Shown here one piece after another: positions 40,733-54,053 of a stretch of DNA of 64,000 nucleotides (its first letter is position 1; every line of letters begins with the position of its first letter). The stretch is from positions 304,296,001-304,360,000 of the forward strand of contig OZ024743.1 in NCBI GenBank assembly GCA_964016885.1. The letters are read 5' to 3'. A program made the translations under genes and the position numbers. The notes below the pieces were generated by a model that was not told the origin of the DNA, did not search any database, and saw only the letters and a program-made list of their open reading frames with translations. This DNA is from Eledone cirrhosa. Lineage: Eukaryota.

Positions 40733-42621
40733 ACCATTTGAAGAAGACCTCTTCAAGATGATCAAAGATATTAAATTCCGAATTGCGGAATATAAAAAAA
40801 TCCCCTAATCTTTATGTCTCCTCCGATAAAACCAAAAACGTTTATGAGGTAGACCCACAGACCTACAATAAGCTGGCGAAAAATACCATCACGAGCACCT
40901 ACAAAAGGTAATAGAGACGGCACTGACTGAGACAAATGCAGCCGGAAAAGAAATCGCCAAGTCCCTTAAATTACACGACCGAACCGAACCTTTAAGGGTA
41001 AAGACCCCGCAATTTACCCTGAAGCACCATAAGGGAAACTTCCTCAACAAACCATCAGTCAGACTTATCAACTCCACTCGTTCCGAAATCGGCTCTATCA
41101 GTAAGAAGATCCTGGATAGAGTTCTACCATCATTGCGGGCTGCCTCACCACTTCCACTCTGGAGCAGAACATCTGAGGCAATATCATGGTTCCAAAAATT
41201 ACCTGACAAACACCACACTCGCTTCCTGCAACTCGACATAGAAAACTACTATGCCTCTATCTCGGACCCCCTCCTGAAGGACGCAATTAACTTTGCCAGG
41301 AATTTTACCACCATTACCGATGCTGAGCAAGTTGTTATCCTCCAGGCTCGTAAGACCTTTCTATACCACGATGGATCTTACTGGACCAACAAGAAATCTC
41401 AGACCCCATTTGACGTTAGCATGGGAGCGAGTGACTCGGTTGAAATTAGCGACCTTGTGGGCCTGTACATCCTACATCACCTGAAGAACCTCTTTAGCGG
41501 CCTAACGGCAGGTTTATACCGAGACGACGGTCTCTTCGCCCTGCATAAGGTTAACCCCAGAACCACCGATGGGTTTCGGAAAAACTTAAGCTCATTCTTC
41601 TCTAATCTAGGATTTAGTATAACTATAGAATCTAATTTGACTAGGGCCAACTTCTTAGATGTCACTCTCGACCTAGATACTTCCCTCTATTACCCGTACC
41701 ACAAACCTAACGAGTCCCTTAAATATATTAATGTTAATTCAAACCACCCCCAAACATCACTGATAACCTAGTAAAAAGCGTCTCTATTAGAATATCTGGC
41801 CTCTCCGCCAACAAAGATATTTTTAACGCATCTGCCTCCTACTACAATGACGCCCTTCCCGTAGCGGATTTAAAGAAAATATAACAAACCTAGAAACCAC
41901 CGCAAGAGTGCAGAGGAGGAATAGACATAGGCAGATTAGCTGGTACAACCATCCCTTCAATAGAGAGGTCTCTACTCCGATAGCTAGGATGTTCTTCACT
42001 TTGTTGAAATTACACTTCCCCATACAACATAGGTACCACACCATCTTTAATAAGAACACTATAAGACTCTCCTACTCCACCACACCTAACCTAGCAAGGA
42101 ATATAGCCAACCACAATTCTAAAAAATTAAATAAGCCAACCACCTCCGAACCCAATCCCCGGACTGGGGCTCTGTGTAATTGCCTAAATAAGGAAGCATG
42201 CCCACTTGAAAACAAATGCCTCACAAATGATATCGTATACAAATGCGATGTCATCTCAGGCAGCGATGATTGCAAAAAAACTTACATCGGCATGACCTCT
42301 AACAACTTTAAGACCCGTTGGTATGCCCATACCCACTCCTTCAGAAGACCGGACAAATCAAACCAGACAAAACTCGCCTCCTACGTTTGGGACCTCAAAA
42401 GGAACTCCACCATCTTCACGCTTAAATGGAAAATACTCCAGAAAGCGCGCTCTTACAACGGAAGACACAAGGGCTGCGACCTTTGTATTTCAGAGAGCTA
42501 CGAAATGTTATTCGCCAAGGGCCCACTACTGAACAAAATCTCTGAACACTGCCCGAACTGCATGCAGAAGAACTTTGCAACTTTCAAACACTTTAAGCCA
42601 GTGTTAAAGCCGGATGGCTAA
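40733..42621 (+). pseudogene. Penelope-like retroelement ORF (RT + C-terminal GIY-YIG), Naiad-type, frameshifted
   Basis: FEEDLFKMI; SDKTKN; TLKHHK..RLINS; QLDIENYYASI; MGASDS; LYRDDGL; NFLDVTLDL; SNHP; WYNHPF; CNC..CPLENKC; IVYKC..TYIGMT..FKTRW..H; CDLCISE. Breaks near 40890 and 41770-41870. Confidence 0.92.
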
Positions 42622-42927
42622 AAACGACCTCCTCCTATTGGACCCTATACCTCCTTCCCACCCTACCCGCACCCCTCCTCAACCTGAAATACGGCCATTA
42701 TGGTTATGTGAGTACCTCTTACCTATCTACATTTTCTGCCTGTAGAGGTGTTTTTATGTGCCTGCGTATATGCGTATATTTATTGAGTACTTATTTATTT
42801 GTATGTGTATATATTTGTGTGTATGTGTGTATATGTATGTGTACGTGTATATATATATGTGTGTATATGTGTTTATTTATGTATATATATGTATGTGTGT
42901 GTATGTATGTGTGTATATATATGTATA

Positions 42928-42977
<50 letters not shown>

Positions 42978-43036
42978 TGTATATGTATGTATGTATATAT
43001 GTGTGTATATGTATGTGTATATATATATATATGTAT

Positions 43037-43512
43037 CTAAGGCGGGTAAAATTCCCGAGATCCATGAACGAGTTCTCTCCAGCGGTCTCTGTCCCTCATT
43101 ATCGCTGCCATATCCTGCATTTCCAACAGACCAGTGTCTGTCCTTAGGGCATCAACATATGTTAACCTTGGTCTTCCCCTTCTAGTGTGTCCATGTAAGG
43201 GCTCCCAAAGGAGCACTGTGTGCAATGTCATCTATGGATGTCGGTGAGCATGTCCAGCCAAACTCAGTCTCCTCTGTGTCACTTTTGAGCTGACATTTGG
43301 GATGCTCCCATACAGCTCTGAGTTTTTCATCCTCAGTGTATACTGATTAATGTTCAGAGCCATCCTCAGCATTCTCGTGTAGCACCCTTCCACCATCTGA
43401 GTGAGTCTCTTGGTCAGTGTCTAAGTCTCAGACCCATACAGCAGCACAGACTCCACTACAGCAATGAAGAGGCGGATTTTCAGGTCTCTGCGAAGGTCCG
43501 ACTTCCACACCA
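43037..43512 (-). pseudogene. RTE-type LINE 3' fragment
   Basis: KIRLFIAVVESVLLYGSET, YTRMLRMALNI, RRLSLAGH, RRGRPRLTYVD, MRDRDRWR. Confidence 0.85.
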
Positions 43513-43558
43513 TATATATATATGTGTGTGTGTGTATATATATATATATAAATATATA

Positions 43559-43616
<58 letters not shown>

Positions 43617-43682
43617 GAAGAGAGAAGAAACATTTAGATATAATTAGTAATAAAATGTATCATACCTAAACTGCTCCTAAAT

Positions 43683-43770
43683 TCCTCGACTACGTAGTTT
43701 CGTGGCATAAACAAAAACAATATATCAAAGATATAGAGTCCTTGCGAGGTCTGCCGACTTATCAAGAGGA
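43683..43770 (-). ncRNA. Type I hammerhead, U3:A8 variant
   Basis: TCCTC-TTGATAA-GTcGGCA...TGCCAC-GAA-ACTACGTAGT-C^GAGGA; 10-nt palindromic helix III, GUC triplet. Confidence 0.85.
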
Positions 43771-44272
43771 TACCTCATTTTACTAGTCTCAAGAACGCGT
43801 CTACACGACGTGAGAAAGATTCCCAAAAGGCGGAGGGGGAGATAGTCACGCGATATAACGGTCGAGAAACAGAGCTAAGCCTCCTATAACCACGAAGAAA
43901 ATACCACGGAGGCGGAGGGGGTATTCATATCGAGGCCCTAGAAGAGGTAGTGAAGAAGGCGAGAAGTATGAGTAATGGAAGCTTTCCAGTTGTCCCCACA
44001 CTTCAAAGATTGCTCGACCAGAGGGAGTTATTAATATATTTAGAAACACACAGATACATGCGGACACACACATATATACATGAATGCATCCGCACCCAAC
44101 TGTGAGTTAAGGGTGCCGACTTCACCGATGTTGCTCAATGAATGACTGGGACAGACCAATTCAGTTGAACCAGACTGAACCAGTATCAGAGTTAAAAATA
44201 CATTATGAAGAGAGAAGAAACATTTAGATATAATTAGTAATAAAATGTATCATACCTAAACTGCTCCTAAAT

Positions 44273-44360
44273 TCCTCGACTACGTAGTTTCGTGGCATAA
44301 ACAAAAACAATATATCAAAGATATAGAGTCCTTGCGAGGTCTGCCGACTTATCAAGAGGA
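44273..44360 (-). ncRNA. Type I hammerhead, U3:A8 variant (identical tandem copy)
   Basis: Same as 43683-43770, offset by 590 nt. Confidence 0.85.
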
Positions 44361-45469
44361 TACCTCATTTTACTAGTCTCAAGAACGCGTCTACACGACG
44401 TGAGAAAGATTCCCAAAAGGCGGAGGGGGAGATAGTCACGCGATATAACGGTCGAGAAACAGAGCTAAGCCTCCTATAACCACGAAGAAAATACCACGGA
44501 GGCGGAGGGTGTATTCATATCGAGGCCGTAGAAGAGGTAGTGAAGAAGGCGAGAAGTATGAGTAATGGAAGCTTTCCAGTTGTCCCCACACTTCAAAGAT
44601 TGCTCGACCAGAGGGAGTTATTAATATATTTAGAAACACACAGATACATGCGGACACACACATATATACATGAATGCATCCGCACCCAACTGTGAGTTAA
44701 GGGTGCCGACTTCACCGATGTTGCTCAATGAATGACTGGGACAGACCAATTCAGTTGAACCAGACTGAACCAGTATCAGAGTTAAAAATACATTATGAAG
44801 AGAGAAGAAACATTTAGATATAATTAGTAATAATATATATGTGTGTGTGTGTATATATATATATGTGTGTGTGTGCATGTGTATATATATATATATATAT
44901 ATATATGTGTGAGTGTGTGTATATATATATGTGTGTGTGTGTATGTGTGTTTGCGTATATATATGTATATATGTGTGTATGTATGCGTATATATGTATGT
45001 ATATATGCGTATATATATGTATATGTCTGTGTATGTATATGTATATATATATATATAATTATTCAGAATCCCCCCACACACCTCATTACAATTCCGTACC
45101 ACCTAGTAAACTTTTCTATAGATTAGCAGTGAGAGACTTGATGACTGTCGTTAGGGAATAGTAACCAGAAATTGTTTTTTTATATTTTTAACATTCTTGG
45201 TATTCTTCTATATATTTACTCCTTATTGATTTACTTATTGTTTCGACATCCCCCCTCCTCCTCCCTAGTAAACTTCCCTGACCTCCTGCCCTGCTGTAGT
45301 TGGCACTATCAACGCACGACTGGGTTTCCTCCACTCCCTTTCCCTCTTTCTTCTACTGGCAGGTTCAGCTACCCCTTCCTCCCACAAATTGCCATGACAG
45401 AATTATGTGTCTCAACAACAAACTTCTGACCAATCTTTGTGACAATCACTTTTACGATATATGGAATTA

Positions 45470-45561
45470 CCCCCTGAGAAGCTCGGCTATTCATGTACCA
45501 GGATAAAAATTCATTTAGTCCAGAACTAGCTGTCGAAACGGCTTGAGCTCAGCCGTCGGGG
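45470..45561 (+). ncRNA. Hammerhead of the 13301/24101/58574 family (core CTGAGAA, probably mutated)
   Basis: CCCC-CTGAGAA-gctcGGCTA...TAGCTgtc-GAA-ACGGCT tgagctc AGCCGT-C^GGGG. Confidence 0.6.
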
Positions 45562-45612
45562 TTCTACTCTTTCCTATATATATATATATATTGTGTGTGT
45601 GTGTATCTATAG

Positions 45613-45697
<85 letters not shown>

Positions 45698-47181
45698 TGT
45701 GTGAGTGCGTGGATGCTTTCTTCCAAAGTGTCAGGTTAGTATTCAGGATTTAGTAAAGAAACAACAGCCACGAAATTGTCTATATTTTATCGAGTGTAGG
45801 ACAGCGGCCTGAAAGTTGCAGACGACATGGTATTATTTACCTCATAAGGAGGTGATTCATTTCATAAATTTTATGCTGAGTTCTGCACTTTCTAGAACGA
45901 AAATCAGTGCTGCGAAGACGGAGATATGGGAGTGGAATTCCACTGAAGCAAGTTCAAGTATTTCACAGCCGTCTTCAAATAATGCAGGACCTGGTGCAGC
46001 AATTCGAGAGTTTAGCATTCAATAATTAGAAGAACAGGGGCATTGTTAGATTATCCAGTGTATTAAATCAAACGCTTCCGATCGGACTCAGTGAAGCATA
46101 ATGGTACTTTCATCACACATTTTTGTGTGAGCAATCTGCCTGTAAAAATATATTTCAAATTTAGCTGAGAGGTAATAGAACTTTGAACATGAGTGATGTG
46201 AACTTACGAAAGACACATCAATTTTTAAAAGCTGTTAATTATTACTTATTACAACTTATTGAAAGAATGATATTTCGCAATGGTCAGTCACCAGGATTCT
46301 CTCTAGTTAGTGTTTACTTAGTACGTAATCGCCACAATCACTCATAACACAGTGCACATTACTTTACTTGATAATACAATAGCCAATCGCTTTGAATTCA
46401 ATCAAATTGAACATTTTGAACGATATGGATATGCTCAATGGATATAGATTTCATCGATCATGAAGCACTGACGATTGATTATAGTAGGTGAATTTGACCG
46501 TAGATCAATACAGTTGTGTTCTAGGATTTTAGCCTATTCAACCGATCATAAAAATAGTGTGATATCTAGTAGTCTAAATATCATTTATTTTAAGGAGGAA
46601 GCTCTTAAACGTTAATGAGATATTTTAATTAACATAAGACAGATATTTCTACGATATACATTGATACGGAAACCAACTTTCGTTCAATGTATTTCAGTGT
46701 GTTATCGTAACTGTTAAATGTATATATAACGAGTGAGAGAGCTATGTTTGATAACATTGGGTAGATCGAAATGCAACGACATAACAGACAAACTAGAAAA
46801 AACACACACACACACAACATAATTAAAGGGAGGTGAATTAGAAACGTTGAATGAGTAAAAATCGTTATAAGAATGAATTGGTATTACTTCGAATTGTAAG
46901 CTGATTGTTGATTTCTAATGCTTCAAAACTAAATACTTTAAAAACTTAAATCCATATACTTGTGTATAGAAAATCTGCTAATTCAAATTCTCAGCATTGA
47001 AAGACTTCATTCCCATATATATCCCAACAGGACAGAAAATAACCAGAAGAATTTAAGATAATCAATATAGAATAACACCAATAGTCTTAGAGACGAATCA
47101 GTAAGTTGGCATACTTTAAATGTTCGTTTAGTACAATTTATTTGTCTGTAGTCAAAATCGTAAGATCTATGTCAGAGTTAC

Positions 47182-47545
47182 ATAGTCATCGCAGTGGAGT
47201 CTTCTGGTATCCTTGGCCCTAGGGCCACTTCCCTACTCACCAACATCAGTGCAGGTTTGGCTACCCGCAGGTATGAACCTCGCGAGCTGAGATGGCTTTT
47301 CCAGCACGTCTCACTCAACATCCTCCGCGGAAACGCCTTCTCTATTCTGTCCGCTGGATCTGCGGGGCGGTCATAATAGTGAGAGATGTGCCAAGCGGGA
47401 GAGACGGAGGAAATGACAGTGTGAGTTTCGTTCCTGTGTGGCTGGTCCTGGTGTATATTTTTCTTTTCTTTTATAGCAGTTGTAAGTTTCTCTTATTGAA
47501 TAGGTTTAGGTAGTATAATTACTAGTCTCAGTAATAAGCATGATT
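47182..47545 (+). mobile_element. CRE-like non-LTR retrotransposon 3' end (restriction-like endonuclease C-terminus)
   Basis: AVESSGILGPRATSLL...EPRELRWLFQHVSLNILRGNAFSIL (QRISxAIQRGNA-like). Confidence 0.8.
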
Positions 47546-48517
47546 CTGTAGACTTTCATGTACATTAGTTGAATACTGCATTTGAGATTAGTATAAACCT
47601 TTTGCTGTCGCCGTTATTTTCTAATGCTGTAAAACCGGTGAATACATGTTATCTATGACAGAAGTGATAAGTGAAAATAATTCACCTATGCATACTATAA
47701 ACTGTGTATACAATAAAATAACAATAAAATAACATAACATTAAATAACAATATAGTATACAATATAATACATATATACACATGCATACACATTCATACAT
47801 ACATATATACATATATATACACAATGGATATATGATAAAATAATAATAATAATAATAATAAAATGAATATATAATCCCTCCGTACACATTCCTCTGAGAT
47901 GTACACATATATATACACATAAATACACATACGTATAGAGACCCACATATACATGCTTACGCTCACACACATATATATACATACGCACCCACATACACAC
48001 ACATGCTCATACGCAGCTATACATATATATATATACATATATACACATACACACAGCCACATATGTACATACATGTACATGGATGCACACCCACACGTAT
48101 AAGCTCATGCATATACGCACACATACACACCCCATACACACACACGTATATATATATATCTACATACACACACACCTACATATACATACGCACATGTCTA
48201 CACATAAAACCACACATATAAACACAATAAGATAATACCATAAAATAAATAAATTTACAAAATGTTAAGATACATTAAAATCTGTATGTAACTTGAGAAA
48301 GAGATAAATAAAAATGAGGGGAGGTTCAGGAGGAGGTGCGTGTATACATGTGATATACTACACACAGGTAGTATGAGGTGCAAACTTAGGTCCGTATATG
48401 GAACAAGTAACAATAATAAAACAATAACAACAATAACAACAATAACATATATATATATTTCGTTTCTGAATTTGTTTAGCAAGATTCTTTATCTGAAATC
48501 GTGTGTTGAAACCGATC

Positions 48518-48738
<221 letters not shown>

Positions 48739-49339
48739 GTTATAAATGCTGGTAGAGGTAGAGATCTTTCATTTGAGATGTGTGTTAATCACTTCGTTTA
48801 CGCTCTGAACTTACCTGCCAACTGTTGGACCAATTTCACCTTCCTTGTTTGCGAAAATCCACGTGATGATAGAGGCGAATTGACTTATACGGTAGATTGC
48901 ATTCCTGTCTTGAGACAGAACTTCGTCGGATAATACGGAACGAGTGCTCACCGACGAAGGGGCTTTCCAGTTCCATTGTGACAGGTTTCTATGGCATGTA
49001 TATGCATTATGCAACTCGTAGTGCATCTCGCTAGGATGTCTCAGAATCTTATCTATTTCCATCGATTCTTGTCTATTCGAGATGGTCCAGGTAAGACTTT
49101 GACCAGTTTGCATTTATCGAAGTAGTAGTATCTATGGTCATATGTATTTGATACCTCTTTCCTTTGTGTCACACTTTTTTAACTTTGGTGTTTACTGTGG
49201 ACGAAAATCCATTAAACTTTCGCACCATTGATTGCCTTAGGACTGCCTCATACAATTCCATTGGTATCTGCTAAATTGCGGCTAAAATTTCGAATTATAC
49301 CTATTATTATTATCATTATATATATATTTATTTGTTTAT

Positions 49340-49415
<76 letters not shown>

Positions 49416-49559
49416 ATTAGAATACTGGAGCGTGTTTGAGTCAAACACCCTCTTCGTATTATAGAAATGACAGTAAAAGGTATAGCTCAATGCAGTTAAA
49501 CAGAGCCGAAAAATTAAGAGAGTAAAACATAGAATCCTTTAATACATCAAAAGTTTTTA

Positions 49560-49603
49560 TTAGCCGACAATGTTTCGTCCTATTAAGGACTCATCAGGGC
49601 AAT
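49560..49603 (-). ncRNA. Canonical minimal type I hammerhead ribozyme
   Basis: GCC-CTGATGA-GTCC ttaata GGAC-GAA-AC att GT-C^GGC; consensus core, G10.1:C11.1 pair, GUC triplet. Confidence 0.9.
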
Positions 49604-51459
49604 CAAAACAACAAGAGGTAATTTCGGCAGATACAAGCCAGAAACTCTGAAGAATATGGAGTTTACATACACTAATGTCTTACAAAGATATACGATAATA
49701 AAAATGAAGATAAAAATAATAAAATTATAATAACTAAGGATGTAGATAACATTAAGAACCATATTACAAATATAGTCCAAAGTCACCAACTTAAATCTAA
49801 ACAAATTTGGTTATATAGAGCAGGAATTATATATAACACAGTATAATACATTATAATAATAATATATCTATACCAACATTAAAATTCCAAATTAAAAATC
49901 AAAAGGTACAATATATACATGTATATATGTGCGCACACACACACACACACACATACTACAATACACATATCTATTTTCAATTACACAGAAATTAAGCCCT
50001 ATTGGAAGTTTGAACATCAAAAATATCAAAAATAAGCATGGTAATAGTGAAAATAATGCTAATACATCTACCCAATATACATGAGGCAATAATTACAAGA
50101 AACACTTATAATAAATAATAAACAACAAAATTATATAATACAATACAATATAATAAAGTAGAATATATATAATCCCCGGTTAATTTACAGAAACAATATA
50201 GATGTCACAGTGAAATACAATGATAAAATGTTAACATTATATTAACAATTACCATAAACAATATGTACAACATGATTCATACTGGGTTACATAATAAATG
50301 GGGAAATATCAATCATATAATATAATACAATAATACTCAAAAAAACTATATTGGTGCAGGGAACAATTATGATGTTACAGAAAAAATATGTTGTTACAGA
50401 AAAAATATAGACATCTAACATGATATGTAAAGTCTAAATACCATAATGTTACATATTACAATATTAAAATATTAAAATATTAAAAAAATATAAAGTTTAA
50501 CTATCTTAATGTTATATATAATAAACGGTAAGTAATAAGGATCTATATCATAATGTAATATATTTTAAAAATTGGCATATAATATATAAATAAATACTTA
50601 TAATTTCAAGGTTAGTAGACAGACATTTGTGGATGAGTGAACGAAGCCAGACAGTGAGTAGTAAATAGAATATAGGATAAAACAGATAAATACAATCGAC
50701 CGGAAATTACAAAACAAAGCAAATGTATACACACTTAGGCCTCGCGTGCATTAAGAAATTTGGTAAACACCAAGGAAAGCGATCATTTTAAATGACTCCA
50801 AACCCTATCTGATAAATTAATATTAAAAATATCAAACCCGTCCGATGAGGTAGTATAAAATTAGCTATAGTCTAAGTCATTAAAGTATATAAACTTTAAT
50901 GTATCGTTACAAATGTTTACAAAAAGGAATAAAATTACACTATCATATACGCAACGATATCTAAAAAACTGACTTAAGTAGAGTTAAGGTAGGCTAATGG
51001 GGACAGAATTGACAAAATATATGGAGGGTGCGAAGTGGCATAAAATATATTCGATATACTATAATAAATAATAGAACAGAGCATAAAAGAGGAGGAGTTT
51101 AATATAATCATATTCAATCTAGAGGGGTTGACAATAAGTTTATGCGTGCATGGGGTGGGGGAGAAGGGGGGGGGTCGATAGATAAATCAGAATAGACTTA
51201 GAAATAAAAATAGAATTAAAAATAAAAATAAAAATAATGTTAAAATTAAAAATTAAAGTTAATGATAATAGAATATATAAAGATAATAACGTGTGTAATC
51301 TTATGTATACTAACAAGTTGTAATAGTGAAGACATAGATATGGTACAGTGGCCAAATGATTATGAGAGCTAGAATGAAGAGTCATCAAAAACCAATGGTA
51401 ACAATAGTGTTGGCAAACAAAAGAACCCAAACAAAAAACTAAGTAATGGAATATATCTG

Positions 51460-51670
51460 CTAATGGGTACGATTTGTACTACTAGAACATTTGGGTTTAT
51501 ATTTGTGAGAAGGGGGGAAATTTTTCTCCAGGATAGTGAAGAAAGACCTAGGGATATTAGTTGATACATCCTGGTTATATGGCGGGTTGAAATAAGTATT
51601 CAATCGCCTTCTATTTTTATTTTTATTCTTATCGACCCAGGTCACCGATCTTGTCCAAGGAAAAGACAAA
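51460..51670 (-). pseudogene. Penelope-like (Naiad-type) thumb/linker fragment
   Basis: RRRLNTYFNPPYNQDVSTNIPRSFFTILEKNFPPSHKY, homologous to ORF 41908-42621. Confidence 0.85.
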
Positions 51671-52417
51671 CGGTGATAACGCTTTACACCAATGACATCG
51701 CAGCTTATTTCAACAGTTGAATGAAATGGAGTCTGTTAAAACAAAGTGCCATAGCGCAGTTCGGTAATCGAGCTGAAAATCATACTATTGTGAATCCGCT
51801 TCTCTAACCACTAAGCACAAACTCGAGGACCGGAATAGACAAACACACATACACATATGTTTATACACATACGGGAAGCCATTACCTTAACATTCTCTAA
51901 CTCTATAGAAACCTATAGAGAAGATATCTCAAAACTTCTCATTCTGAATACAAACTCATGATTGCTTCCCATCATGTGATCATTTATAGCAAAGATAATT
52001 TTGGATAAATTTTTTACTACTTTGCTTATTGTAAAACCGATCGAAAGAACCAGAACTTTATTTTAGTTGTTTTTATGGGATTATGTCTTAAGGTTATCCG
52101 ACTTAAAGTATTTACTACTTAATAGCTAAAACAAAAAAACAAAAATAAATATAAGTAATAATAGCAATCTATTCGTTTCAAAAATAAATTAAACTTTTCC
52201 CCCTTATGTAGGATATATAGAATATTGAGGTCTTTCAAGGTCGATATTGTTTTCGATATTTTAAGAATGAACTCCTCGTAGTTGTATACAAGGATGATAC
52301 TGATATATTATGCTTATTACAACATAATTTCAGCAGCATCCATATTTCCGATTTTATATACTATACGCACACACACAAAGACACAGAAGCACTCAAACAC
52401 ACACACGCATATATATA

Positions 52418-52517
<100 letters not shown>

Positions 52518-52546
52518 TATATATATGTATATGCGTGTGTGTTTGA

Positions 52547-52582
<36 letters not shown>

Positions 52583-53048
52583 GTGTGTGTGTGAGTGTAT
52601 GAGTGTCTGTGTGCGTATGTGTACATATACATGTATATATATATATAAACGAATGTGTGTAGGTGTTCGTGTACGTATGTGTGTGTGTGTGCGTGTTTGC
52701 CCGTGCACATATTTACAAATATATACGTGCGTATACTGGTAGGCGTGCGTGATTATAAAACAATCTTTTTTTTTTTCCATTTTCCATTCTCCGGAAATTT
52801 TTTTCTCTTTTGCTGATTATAAGATTACTGCGAGAAAATATATTTCAAGCGGCAAATAAACACAAGATTAAAACTCTTCTACAATATCAGAAGTTCTAGG
52901 CACGGTTTTCCCTAGCCACAATTGTTTAGTTATTCATGCAGTCCTTTATCGATCTATATTTGCAGATCAAATACTGTAATCTTCTTAGGTACCGATTAAT
53001 TTAAGCATTATTGAACTGAACATGACTAATAAGCGAATGATGCATCGC

Positions 53049-53173
<125 letters not shown>

Positions 53174-53341
53174 TTACATATATACATATAACCGCGGTTT
53201 TCTGAAACACCAACATCTTTGGTGGCTTCCATTTATTCAGAAATGTGCCGTCCATTTTGCATTGTCGAAGCCTTCAAATAATATACTGTTTAAAATTATA
53301 TATATATATGTGTGTGTGTGTGCGCATGTGTGTGTATAACT

Positions 53342-53560
53342 AACAAGAAAAATAGTTTCGTTCGTACATCCCTATTTATTTTGTTATACGTATTTCAAAG
53401 ACCTAAGTCATTTGTATAAGAACTGCCTTACGTGTTATCTTCAGAAAAAAATCAGAACTAGATGTTAAGTTCCATTGCTATATTACAGGTGACACGTGTT
53501 ATTCGCTTCGCCGTATAACAAAATAAATAGGGAAGTACGAACGAAGCCATCTTTCTTGTT
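53342..53560. repeat. Inverted repeat (~49-bp arms) with a hammerhead-like motif at 53379-53450(-)
   Basis: Minus strand tttttt-CTGAAGA-...-GAA-ATACGTAT-A^acaaaa; helix II is degenerate. Confidence 0.65.
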
Positions 53561-53569
53561 CATCTAAAC

Positions 53570-54053
53570 TATAAGAAAGTAAGGAGTGCGGGACCGCGTC
53601 CAGAATATATTTTTTTATCCCGTTTGTAAAATAAGTTGGATTACTTTGAATAAATAATGAATGAATATTACATAATGTATCTACTAAATTTCGTTATTCT
53701 TGATTAAATATAAATAATATTGTTGCTTATTTTAAGATTCACTTCTTTAACATTTTCAAATGTCAACACTTCTGGTTAGCGATCACTTAAATAAACATTC
53801 ATATATTTCCGTCACTAATGTTCTCCAAATGCAGTTTATATATAATATCGTCTTTTTTTTAATGTATCATGGATTACGTCACTGATTACATAAGATAGTG
53901 TAATGCAGTCTTCGTTCAATTCTTGTGTATATGGTCAATTACGATTTTATTTGATGTATTATATGTATATGCATATAAGCTTGCGTATAATATCAATATG
54001 CACATTACACATACAAGCAGAAAACCACCCGAAGGGTGGTTTTTCTGTAGCTA
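53570..54053 (-). mobile_element. Non-autonomous repeat with GC hairpin (Helitron/Helentron-like), inverted relative to 63017-63497
   Basis: About 430 bp of reverse-complement similarity; hairpin gcagaaaaccaccc/gggtggtttttctg. Confidence 0.6.

Larger units (their letters stand above)
43612..44833 (-). repeat. Head-to-tail 590-bp repeat (2.07 copies) between (TA)n tracts
   Basis: Units start at 43612, 44202 and 44792; only about 2 substitutions seen between the full units. Confidence 0.95.

Noticed and set aside
48740-49310. Possible mariner transposase N-terminal relic (HPSEMHYELHNAY)
   Set aside because: The similarity is too weak to support without a search.
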